DNA of 64,000 nucleotides from a virus: IMG/VR virus record IMGVR_UViG_3300042453_005424, positions 10,455 to 74,454 of that record; one strand, 5' to 3'. Shown piece by piece: positions 55,938 to 64,000 of this stretch (position 1 is its first letter; each line of letters starts with the position of its first letter). The notes under the pieces were generated by a model. It saw only the letters and a program-made list of their open reading frames with translations, ran no database searches and was not told where the DNA came from. The position numbers and the translations under genes were made by a program.

Positions 55938-57791
55938 ATGAGTAAAGAATTTTTATCAAAATTAGTACATTATAGAACATACGCCAAATATCTTCCGGAG
56001 GAGTTTAGGCGGGAAACAAGAGAAGAGACAATAAAGCGGAATATGGATATGCATATCAAAAAATTTCCGCAGCTCGAAGAAAAAATCAGCAAAGCTTATG
56101 AGGAAGTTTATGCGGGGCGAGTCGTTCCATCTATGCGAAGTTTTCAATTCGCAGGAGAACCGATTGAGCGAAGACCTAATAGAATGTATAACTGCAGTTT
56201 TGTAAATATAACTTCATTCAAAGATTTTGCAGACCTTTTCTATATGAGTATGTCTGGCGCCGGCGTAGGCTTCTCTGTGAAAAAACGGCATATTAGTCAA
56301 CTTCCGGTTATTAATGAGGGAGCTGTTGAATCTCCCTATATTATAGAAGATTCTGCAGAAGGTTGGTGTGATTCATTACTCAAACTTTTTGAAAATCCAG
56401 ATGTTCAGTTCGACTATACAAAAATTCGACTTATGGGGTCTCCCTTAACTACTGGAGGTACAGCCAGCGGGCCTAAAGCACTTATAAAAATGCATGCTCA
56501 CGTTAGGGCTATTTTACGAAAAGCTGTAGGAAAGCATTTAACCGCTTTTGAATGCCATAGAATAAGTTGTTTTGTAGCAGACTGCGTTGTGGTTGGTGGT
56601 GTGCGTAGAGGTGCACTAATAAGCTTGTTTGACTATGACGAGCAAGAAATGCTTCACTGTAAATCCGGGCAATGGTGGGAAAAATATCCAGAACTTGCTA
56701 GGGCGAATAACTCGGCTGTAATAAACAAGAACGACCCAGCTTTTTTAGAGAAAGCTGGGCATGTAATACAGGCTTGCTTTGACGGAGGGCAAGCAGAACC
56801 TGGGCTATCTTTAACTAACGAAGAAGATATGGGGTTCAACCCGTGCCATGAGATAGCCCTCAGATCTAGAGGTGTCTGCAATTTAACTGAGATAAACGCA
56901 GCCAAATGTTTTTCCAAAGAAGAATGGCTACGTGCTGTAGAAGCAGCCACTATCATCGGAACTCTGCAAGCTTCTTACACAGACTTCAAATATGTTCATT
57001 CTGATTGGAAGAAAAATGCTGAAGAAGAAGCGCTGTTAGGAGTATCTATCACAGGACAAGCCGAGAACCAGCAAATACTGACTGCAGAAAATTTACGCGA
57101 AGGAGCAGAGTTAACTGTGGCAGTTAATCGAGAATGGGCTGCTCTGATAGGTATTCGCCCAGCAAGGCGCATCACCACCACTAAACCTAGCGGAACCTCA
57201 AGTTCCTGGTTAGGGACAACGGCAGGCGTTCACGCAGGTCACGAAATACGATATATCCGCAGAATTCGGATGGACAAGTTTTCTGCCCTATCAAAAGCTT
57301 TAGCCAAACGGTTTCCTGCGTTTATAGTCGACGATCCGTTTAATCCTGACGATATTATTATGCAAGTTCCTGTTAAACTATACGACACTACTTTACTTCG
57401 TTCTCAAGAAACAGCGGTACAATGCTTAGAACGAGTAAAAAAACTGTACGATAACTGGATTATACCGGGGCATACCGAAGGAAACAATACACACAATATC
57501 AGCCTCACAATTAATTATCATGAGCATGAAAAAGAGGCTATTAAAAAATGGATGTTGGACAACCGAGATTCTTATTATGGGATAAGCCTCATTCCTTATG
57601 ATGGAGGTGATTACAAATATCTTCCGTACAGCCAACCGCCACACCCTGAAGTTTACGAAATTTTAGAAAAAGCATTCAAATTAGCTGCGGATAATTTTAA
57701 TTTTGAAGATGTTAAAGAGAAAAAAGATAACACAAACTTCAAAGGAGAAGCAGCTTGTGCTGGGGGCGCTTGTTCACTGCAGCTAGATTAA
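55938..57791 (+). CDS. nrdJ: Class II (adenosylcobalamin-dependent) ribonucleotide reductase
   Basis: PSMR, YNC, GGVRRGA, NPCHEI, CNLTEI, KPSGTSS, C-terminal ACAGGAC. No small subunit nearby. Confidence 0.88.
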   Translation: MSKEFLSKLVHYRTYAKYLPEEFRRETREETIKRNMDMHIKKFPQLEEKISKAYEEVYAGRVVPSMRSFQFAGEPIERRPNRMYNCSFVNITSFKDFADLFYMSMSGAGVGFSVKKRHISQLPVINEGAVESPYIIEDSAEGWCDSLLKLFENPDVQFDYTKIRLMGSPLTTGGTASGPKALIKMHAHVRAILRKAVGKHLTAFECHRISCFVADCVVVGGVRRGALISLFDYDEQEMLHCKSGQWWEKYPELARANNSAVINKNDPAFLEKAGHVIQACFDGGQAEPGLSLTNEEDMGFNPCHEIALRSRGVCNLTEINAAKCFSKEEWLRAVEAATIIGTLQASYTDFKYVHSDWKKNAEEEALLGVSITGQAENQQILTAENLREGAELTVAVNREWAALIGIRPARRITTTKPSGTSSSWLGTTAGVHAGHEIRYIRRIRMDKFSALSKALAKRFPAFIVDDPFNPDDIIMQVPVKLYDTTLLRSQETAVQCLERVKKLYDNWIIPGHTEGNNTHNISLTINYHEHEKEAIKKWMLDNRDSYYGISLIPYDGGDYKYLPYSQPPHPEVYEILEKAFKLAADNFNFEDVKEKKDNTNFKGEAACAGGACSLQLD

Positions 57792-57798
57792 AAAGTAC

Positions 57799-57826
57799 TT
57801 GCAAATCAACCTAGCGTTTCTATATT
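57799..57826 (+). promoter_or_regulatory. Promoter TTGCAA-N16-TATATT, 6 nt before ATG
   Basis: Read directly. Confidence 0.55.
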
Positions 57827-57832
57827 TATCAA

Positions 57833-58696
57833 ATGCAACCTATAGACGTTGTTTACTTACTAGGCTCATCGAGCAATTCTGATTTTTTAGAATTTAGGCT
57901 AAGCCTTCGTTCGATAGAAAAATACTACCAAGATGGAATAAAAAGTGTCTACACCCTTGGCCATAAACCTGGGTGGGCAAAGGGAATAAACCACATTCCT
58001 TTTTTAGACTCATGGGCTTCAAAAGATGCTACGCTTATAGCTAAAACCACATATGCTTGCTATTTAAAAGATATTTCTGATCCGTTTCTATTAATGAGCG
58101 ACGATATATTTATGATGCGCAATCCAGAAGGTCTACTGGATAAAATCTATCTTAATAAGATGTCTGAAAGTGAGTGGCAGCATTGGGCTAAGTCTAAAAA
58201 TTTATGGTCTAGGAGAAATTTTGCCACCCGCGAAGTAATTAAACATACTTATAATGTAGAAGATCCTCCCTTTCTTGATCCTCATATAGGTGTGCTTATA
58301 CATAAAGATCATTATGCGCACACTATGCTTCAAATAGGTTGGGATTATGAAAGACGTGGCGGAGGCATAAACACAAATTATTATCAATATGCGTGTTTAT
58401 ATGACAAAAAAACAGAAGCCACAAAAGAAAAGCTAGGTGTTCGATTCTTAAGTTCAACGAGGGATATATCAACTTTGAGAGATAACCAAGATATGCTTTG
58501 GCTTAACATAAACGATGACTCTTTTTATCTTCATCCTGAGTTATTCGAATATTTAATTGATAATTTCGAGCAAAGTTCTAAATATGAATATGCAGAAACA
58601 GGAGAACTCCAAGAAATAATGTCCAGGTATACATTCGATAAAGAAAAATATAACTTAAAGCGGTCAAATTCCGCGAGATTACAAGGCTTAAAATAA
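57833..58696 (+). CDS. Stealth-family sugar-1-phosphate transferase-like protein
   Basis: PIDVVY (CR1), EFRLSLRSIEKY and FLLMSDDIF (CR2), PH...K (CR3), WLNINDD (CR4). Confidence 0.7.
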   Translation: MQPIDVVYLLGSSSNSDFLEFRLSLRSIEKYYQDGIKSVYTLGHKPGWAKGINHIPFLDSWASKDATLIAKTTYACYLKDISDPFLLMSDDIFMMRNPEGLLDKIYLNKMSESEWQHWAKSKNLWSRRNFATREVIKHTYNVEDPPFLDPHIGVLIHKDHYAHTMLQIGWDYERRGGGINTNYYQYACLYDKKTEATKEKLGVRFLSSTRDISTLRDNQDMLWLNINDDSFYLHPELFEYLIDNFEQSSKYEYAETGELQEIMSRYTFDKEKYNLKRSNSARLQGLK

Positions 58697-58720
58697 TAAC
58701 ACACAACTATAATTATAAAA

Positions 58721-59125
58721 ATGAGTACGAATAAAACACGCGCGAGAGTAAACAAACAAATTGCTGAAAAATTAGCAGAGATTGGTATGACAGTAGACGG
58801 AGCCAAAGAGTGGCTCAATAACGAAACTCAAGCTCAAGAAAAAATGAATAGCCAGTGCGGCAGTGCGAATAATTGCTGTAGACGCGCCGATGACCCCTGG
58901 GCTTGCTGTAATGGCGACGAGGAGGCAGCTTCATCAGAGCTGAGCAACGTTGTATTTGCTGCAGGCAAAACAGCCGAAACTTCAAAAGTATATGTTGAGC
59001 ATATCCCGATAGAAGGAATCATTAGAGCAAAGTTAGAATATGATACTGAGTTAGGTATCCCTACACTCCAATTAGATATATTGAACCCGACTATCGCGCT
59101 GTCTTGTTGCGGTAAAAACCGATAA
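58721..59125 (+). CDS. Hypothetical Cys-containing protein
   Basis: 134 aa. TATAAT lies 7 nt upstream. Confidence 0.55.
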   Translation: MSTNKTRARVNKQIAEKLAEIGMTVDGAKEWLNNETQAQEKMNSQCGSANNCCRRADDPWACCNGDEEAASSELSNVVFAAGKTAETSKVYVEHIPIEGIIRAKLEYDTELGIPTLQLDILNPTIALSCCGKNR

Positions 59126-59127
59126 AA

Positions 59128-59805
59128 ATGCAAAATACTACAGATATAACTATACTTCTGGATAGATCCGGAAGTATGCAATATATTAAAAAAGATATGG
59201 AGGGGGCCTTTAATTCATTTATAAAGGCACAAACCGAAGTGATGGACGATGAGTGTGCGGTAAGCCTATTTCAATTTGACGTAGAATGCGATAGTGTTTA
59301 CGAGAATAGGCCTGTACGCCTTGTCCCTCCATTAGACATTGTTCCGCGCGGAGCTACAGCATTATACGACGCATTAGGTGAGGTAATCGATAAAACAGGG
59401 CGCAGGCTCGCAAGAGTTCCTGAGGAACTCCGACCATCACGTGTAGTATTTGCGATTATTACTGATGGAGAAGAAAATTCGTCTTCAGAATATAGTGCAG
59501 AACAAATAAAAAATATTATTGAGCACCAAACTGAAACATATGATTGGCAGTTTGTTTATTTGGGGGCCAATCAAGACGCGTTTCAAGCCGCCAGAAATAT
59601 AGGTATTCCAGCCTTCATGGCGCAAGATTACGCCGCCACACCACAAGGCGTCGATCAAATGTGGTCTTCGGTAGGAGACACGCTAGCAGCTTACAGATCC
59701 ATGAAAACAACCTCTATGAGGTTTGAAAAAAATGCTGGAGAAATACGTGAAACAGCTAAATCAAGATACTTCTCTGAAAAAAACACTGTAGGTGAAATTT
59801 TATAG
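59128..59805 (+). CDS. von Willebrand factor A domain protein
   Basis: MIDAS DRSGSM, TALYDA, IITDGEEN. Confidence 0.9.
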   Translation: MQNTTDITILLDRSGSMQYIKKDMEGAFNSFIKAQTEVMDDECAVSLFQFDVECDSVYENRPVRLVPPLDIVPRGATALYDALGEVIDKTGRRLARVPEELRPSRVVFAIITDGEENSSSEYSAEQIKNIIEHQTETYDWQFVYLGANQDAFQAARNIGIPAFMAQDYAATPQGVDQMWSSVGDTLAAYRSMKTTSMRFEKNAGEIRETAKSRYFSEKNTVGEIL

Positions 59806-59844
59806 ACTCAATATATCAATGTGCTTTTTTTCTGATTTTAAACT

Positions 59845-60246
59845 ATGCCTCCTCAAGTTATAGAATATAATAACGCTGTAGATACGTATGCTGCCCCTTC
59901 GCGTAATGGTGAATATGGGTTATTCGCGCGCGCTCCCATGTCTAAGGGAGATATTATAGTTAGATTCGATAACCCTAATCTTTGGTCTGAACAACGTTAT
60001 TACGATTTATCCCCAGAAATAAAGAAAAAGCGTTGGTTTGTAATGATTGGTCCTGAAAGATGTCTTGTGAGCTCAATATGTACTAGCTTCTCCTTCATAA
60101 ATCATTCAGATAAACCTACAGCCTATATAGATGAAGAGATGCGCCAGGTAATAGCCTTAAGCGATATTAAAAAAGACGAGGAGATAACCCTAGATTTCAA
60201 AGAACACGTGCTAGTCTTTAAAGAAATATTCCCAAATTTGAAATAA
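59845..60246 (+). CDS. SET-domain protein
   Basis: GEYGLFA, FINHSDKP, ALSDIKKDEEITLDF. Confidence 0.8.
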   Translation: MPPQVIEYNNAVDTYAAPSRNGEYGLFARAPMSKGDIIVRFDNPNLWSEQRYYDLSPEIKKKRWFVMIGPERCLVSSICTSFSFINHSDKPTAYIDEEMRQVIALSDIKKDEEITLDFKEHVLVFKEIFPNLK

Positions 60247-60285
60247 TGTAATAAAATAGTAATAACATAAACCTTCTAATTAATT

Positions 60286-61245
60286 ATGGGATTTGTATTA
60301 TTACTAACATTTTCTGCGTTGTTTGTTGCTGGCTGCGCAGCCTTTTTTTCTATCAAAGGCTTAGTTATCTTATTTTCAGGGAGCGCTCTGGCCATTGCGA
60401 TAATGGCCAGCTCCCTAGAAATAGGTAAATTAGTAGCTGCGTCTTTTTTACACCGCTACTGGAGTGAGATCAGCTTTTTGTTAAAAAGTTATTTATGCGT
60501 AGCTGTTGCTGTGTTGATGGCGATTACAAGCATGGGTATTTTTGGGTTTTTAACAAACGCATATCAACTCCACGCAGCTACAGTTGAAACTTTTGAAAAC
60601 GTCATGGCTTCCAAAGAGTCAGAGCGTGATACTGTATTTAAAACCACAGAAGAAGTATCGAATAGAATCAAAGCTCTGAATGAGATACGTATAGCTCAAG
60701 AACAGCGAGTTCAAGAAGCTGGAAACTATAAATTACCTAGAGAGCAAGCTTACGAAGCCATACGGGTAGCTAACACTGAAATGGCTCAAAAAGAACAGCA
60801 GCTCCACGAAGCTAGAGAAAGGCTGATAGCCATCGACAAACAAATAGCTGATATAAAAATCCAGATGAGTACAAAAACAGATGTCGGTTCGTTTAAATTT
60901 ATCGCATCCGCACTAGGTACTGATGTAGATACCGCCGTTAAAATTTTTATACTATCTCTGGTATTTGTATTCGACCCGTTAGCTGTATCTTTGGTATTGG
61001 CGTTGAATGTTCTGATAGAAAAAAGAGCTAAAAAAAACAAGCTTATCCCCTCACAAAAAAACGCTGAGCATAACGTCTCGCCCCTAAGTACTGCCACAAC
61101 TTTTACTACTTCGAAGAAAAGCGAGGTTGAAGATAGCCAGCACAAAGAAACCCCTGAAGAATTGTTGCGCCTAGGCAGAATATCCGAAAGCGAATATCGA
61201 AAGAGGATAGTGGGTGGTTATGATAACTCTGTAGTAACATTGTAA
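60286..61245 (+). CDS. Membrane protein with coiled coil
   Basis: AAFFSIKGL...LEIGKLV, three N-terminal TM helices, a coiled coil, and a FVFDPLAV TM segment. Confidence 0.7.
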   Translation: MGFVLLLTFSALFVAGCAAFFSIKGLVILFSGSALAIAIMASSLEIGKLVAASFLHRYWSEISFLLKSYLCVAVAVLMAITSMGIFGFLTNAYQLHAATVETFENVMASKESERDTVFKTTEEVSNRIKALNEIRIAQEQRVQEAGNYKLPREQAYEAIRVANTEMAQKEQQLHEARERLIAIDKQIADIKIQMSTKTDVGSFKFIASALGTDVDTAVKIFILSLVFVFDPLAVSLVLALNVLIEKRAKKNKLIPSQKNAEHNVSPLSTATTFTTSKKSEVEDSQHKETPEELLRLGRISESEYRKRIVGGYDNSVVTL

Positions 61246-61251
61246 TTATGC

Positions 61252-61953
61252 ATGCAAATATCAAATATTTACTACATAAATTTGTCTTTTGACATCGCCC
61301 GCAAAGAAGCCATGGAGCAAAAGCTCGCTAAGCAGCGATTAACTGCTCAGCGAGTAGAAGCCTCTTCCCCATTAAATACAGACTTGAATCAAGCCTTGCG
61401 CGAGGGCATCATATCGCTACCTTTCACAAATCGACGCACAGGCCGTCAATTGTTCTTTCTCAACTTATTGCGCCTAGGCTCATTGCATTGTGCTATATCG
61501 CACATTCGCCTCTGGAAAAAAATTAGCGAACTTCCGGATAATACGCATACCTTAATTCTCGAAGATGATATCGATTTCCATCCCGATTTTAACCGCCGAA
61601 TCGATGAACACCTGCAGCATCTACCTCGAAACTACGACATCGCTTTGTTCGGGTATAGTTATTTTGTAGGAACTCCTGTAAATAAATATTTCGGTAAACC
61701 GAAGATACCTTCACCAGGGAGGGCTAACTTTTGGTTTTCGTCATATCTATTAAACCCGAAAGGCGCAAAGCGTATTCTAAATTGTATTGTTCCGTATAAC
61801 CGAGTTGAGGGGATAGATTTTGTATTAAAAGAACATTATAAAGATTTAAATGTTTTTTTAAGCTTGCCTAGGTTAACCAGACAAAATAGAGCGGAATTTG
61901 GCTCAACAAGGGAGTTTATGAACAACAATTTTGTTTGCGCTGAAAAGTTTTAA
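61252..61953 (+). CDS. Glycosyltransferase family 25
   Basis: YYINL...R, CAISHIRLW, LILEDD. Confidence 0.85.
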   Translation: MQISNIYYINLSFDIARKEAMEQKLAKQRLTAQRVEASSPLNTDLNQALREGIISLPFTNRRTGRQLFFLNLLRLGSLHCAISHIRLWKKISELPDNTHTLILEDDIDFHPDFNRRIDEHLQHLPRNYDIALFGYSYFVGTPVNKYFGKPKIPSPGRANFWFSSYLLNPKGAKRILNCIVPYNRVEGIDFVLKEHYKDLNVFLSLPRLTRQNRAEFGSTREFMNNNFVCAEKF

Positions 61954-62692
61954 CAATGAACTTACAAAGCTCAGATCTTAAAATATCTTCTTCGTCAAAT
62001 TTAATCGAGTAAATGCCAAGAGCCTGTGCTTCTTCGCTTTTAAATATCGCAGCACATGTTTCAAATCCTCCCTGCTTAAGTTTAGGTAAGTCAGACTGCG
62101 CAGGGTCAGCGCACAAAATCATTTTAGTAAACTTACCTATTCTGGTAAGCAGTGTTTGAATTTCATTTATAGTTAAATTTTGTACCTCATCCACGCATAT
62201 CAATTTGGCTGTCCAGCTTGCTCCCCTACAAAAATTAACTGGCTGATAAATCAACCTATTTTCACGTTTAAGTCGTTTTACTTCATCCATAGGTAAAAGC
62301 TCTTCGAGTTTATCTTCAAATGGCCCCATATAGGGCTCAAATTTTCCTGTGATGTCCCCTGGGAGAAACCCGAGCTTAGAGTCCGCACTTTCAACAGCGG
62401 CTCTAACAAACAGCATATCGGATATTTTTTTAGCCTGCATGAGTCCTAGTCCTGCGCGTACCGAGAGAAGCGTTTTTGAAGAGCCTGCTGGACCTGATAA
62501 AAATATAACTCGTGTATTTTTATTGGTGGCTAGCTCTATAAAAGCTTTTTGTTTAGCTGTCCAAGAAAGTTCACGAATATGAAGATCAAAGTCTATTTTT
62601 TCGCGCTGATAAACTTTAGGACTGGTGTCAGGGATTTTAACCTTTTTAGTTTTTTTCTTTGCTGGTTGGGGTGTATCAGAAGTACCTAGCAT
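61916..62692 (-). CDS. phoH: PhoH-family ATPase
   Basis: GPAGSSKT, LGFLPGD, RGASW, DEVQN, LTRIG. Confidence 0.9.
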   Translation of the reverse strand: MLGTSDTPQPAKKKTKKVKIPDTSPKVYQREKIDFDLHIRELSWTAKQKAFIELATNKNTRVIFLSGPAGSSKTLLSVRAGLGLMQAKKISDMLFVRAAVESADSKLGFLPGDITGKFEPYMGPFEDKLEELLPMDEVKRLKRENRLIYQPVNFCRGASWTAKLICVDEVQNLTINEIQTLLTRIGKFTKMILCADPAQSDLPKLKQGGFETCAAIFKSEEAQALGIYSIKFDEEDILRSELCKFIVKTFQRKQNCCS

Positions 62693-62731
62693 ATTTATAA
62701 TAATACATTATTCATTTGATTGTTAATAGCT

Positions 62732-62768
62732 AAAAAAAAGCCCTCCCGTTAGAGAGAGCTTTTTTTTT
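62732..62768. terminator. Probable bidirectional terminator
   Basis: A-tract, GC stem, T-tract. Confidence 0.6.
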
Positions 62769-62770
62769 AG

Positions 62771-62941
62771 CTATTGTTCTTCGTCTAAGATTTTTAAACC
62801 TTGCGTTATGGATAAAACCCACATCGCAACAAAAAACAAAGTTATCATAATGCTAGGGTTGGCCACAGCAACTACTACTACTGTAACAACTGTGGAAAAC
62901 AACATACCTAGCCACACTAGAATCAGGGTTAATATTTTCAT
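62771..62941 (-). CDS. Small two-TM membrane protein
   Basis: MKILTLILVWLG... Start revised from 63034. Confidence 0.5.
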   Translation of the reverse strand: MKILTLILVWLGMLFSTVVTVVVVAVANPSIMITLFFVAMWVLSITQGLKILDEEQ

Positions 62942-62961
62942 AGGATAAAAAGAGATTAGAC

Positions 62962-63219
62962 TCAATGTATTATCCCAAATAATCTTTGCCCTGGGTGAGG
63001 GGGGTATGCCCGCGACACCAGACGCTCTTTCCAACTCTCACGATATACTCGTATTTCAGGATATGTTATATCTGAAGTTCGAAGTTTATCTACAGCGCCT
63101 GTTTTCCACATTCCATGGCTCAGCCATGTTTCTTCTCCGAAGGTATAACTAACTCCGGGTAGAGGAGGTGTTTTGACTAGCGCTAACCCCCAACTGACTA
63201 TTTTTTTTATTATTTTCAT
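62962..63219 (-). CDS. Hypothetical protein
   Basis: 85-aa ORF. Confidence 0.45.
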   Translation of the reverse strand: MKIIKKIVSWGLALVKTPPLPGVSYTFGEETWLSHGMWKTGAVDKLRTSDITYPEIRVYRESWKERLVSRAYPPHPGQRLFGIIH

Positions 63220-63866
63220 TCTTTAGGTGGTTGTATTTTTCCATTAACGGCCCAAATATCAAACGACCGGTCTTCGCCGCGCCATTTGATAGCTGGACCA
63301 GATTCGTTATGTAGTTGACCTGCTTGGTTCATATGAATTTCAAGAGGTCTATTCTGTATAAACACGCATTTATCATAAGGTGCATACCATCCAACTTCTT
63401 GAGCTACATCCATAATTCCATCTAATGGTTCGAGCTCTTCCACACCAATTATTGATTTAAAGAAATCATAATAAGCTAACCATTCGGCTTCGTTATAGCC
63501 ATAAGTTTGTTCTTTAATAGCGCTTATGATTTCTTCCGCAGTGAATTCTGTTCCTGCAGGGATGTCTAGGATTTCGAGTTTTTCAAACTCATTTGTGTTT
63601 AATTTTTTAACCATAATTTGTGCTTTAGCGCAATCCACAGGATTGTTAAACGGACCAAAGAACACATCAGGTGCTTTTACCCCAACAGCTGTATAAGCTT
63701 TTTTAATTGCTTTAACAGCGCGCACCATATCTATCTCGTCAGTAGACGTACCAATTTTAGACCACTTCAATCCATGGTCTATTAATTTATTCTGCTGTTC
63801 TGTAGTTAATTCTGTAATCATTTTTTCTGAAAATGTTTCGTGCGTTATTTTATAGAAATTAAGCAC
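63216..63866 (-). CDS. DUF6745-like protein
   Basis: WLAYYDFF...GWYAPY...RPLEIH...GQLHNESGPAIKW. Likely start is MITELT at 63821. Confidence 0.6.
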   Translation of the reverse strand: MLNFYKITHETFSEKMITELTTEQQNKLIDHGLKWSKIGTSTDEIDMVRAVKAIKKAYTAVGVKAPDVFFGPFNNPVDCAKAQIMVKKLNTNEFEKLEILDIPAGTEFTAEEIISAIKEQTYGYNEAEWLAYYDFFKSIIGVEELEPLDGIMDVAQEVGWYAPYDKCVFIQNRPLEIHMNQAGQLHNESGPAIKWRGEDRSFDIWAVNGKIQPPKE

Positions 63867-64000
63867 ATTATAATTGTTTCATTGTGTTCAGTTATCATTG
63901 GTTAAATAATTGAAATACTCAACTATTGTTTTTTTTATATGCTTTGAGCGCCGAAGAATAAAAATTGGTCGAATTTCCTGTAAAACTTTTTCTCGAATGA

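Noticed and set aside
1-64000. Alternative genetic code (stop-codon reassignment)
   Set aside because: Genes tile densely under code 11, and TAA, TAG and TGA all end genes at sensible boundaries.

Overview
This is a 64-kb segment of a large (probably jumbo) contractile-tailed dsDNA bacteriophage. It is AT-rich and uses the standard genetic code. The left arm (1-38.9 kb) is entirely on the minus strand. It carries a sigma-70-like factor (truncated at the window edge, missed by the ORF track), baseplate, tape measure, tail chaperones with a -1 frameshift, tube, sheath, neck, HK97-type major capsid, decoration protein, scaffold-like proteins, a Zn-containing prohead protease and many putative head proteins. 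The right arm is mostly on the plus strand. It starts at a divergent switch occupied by an HUH (rolling-circle Rep-like) endonuclease, then continues with more putative head proteins, a Cys-rich fibre-like pair, and metabolic/accessory genes (RNA-ligase-like, dCMP deaminase, amidase-like, class II RNR, Stealth, vWA, SET, GT25, PhoH). Three things stand out. (1) A complete bacterial-type RNA polymerase beta/beta' core is cut into four dispersed genes (beta-N, beta-middle, a beta-C/beta'-N fusion with a GADCDGD active site, and beta'-C), alongside a phage sigma factor and many sigma70-like, often leaderless promoters. (2) A large family of putative head-cargo proteins shares an F/Y-x-x-G-F-x(3-4)-A-x-E-x-G helix and K-x-A/S motifs, followed by glycine-zipper or small mobile modules, which suggests a packaging-signal plus protease-processing code. 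(3) The HUH nuclease and an upstream hairpin sit at the strand switch. No portal, terminase, RNAP alpha, tRNA or CRISPR was recognised. All homology calls come from motif recognition by eye, not from database searches.
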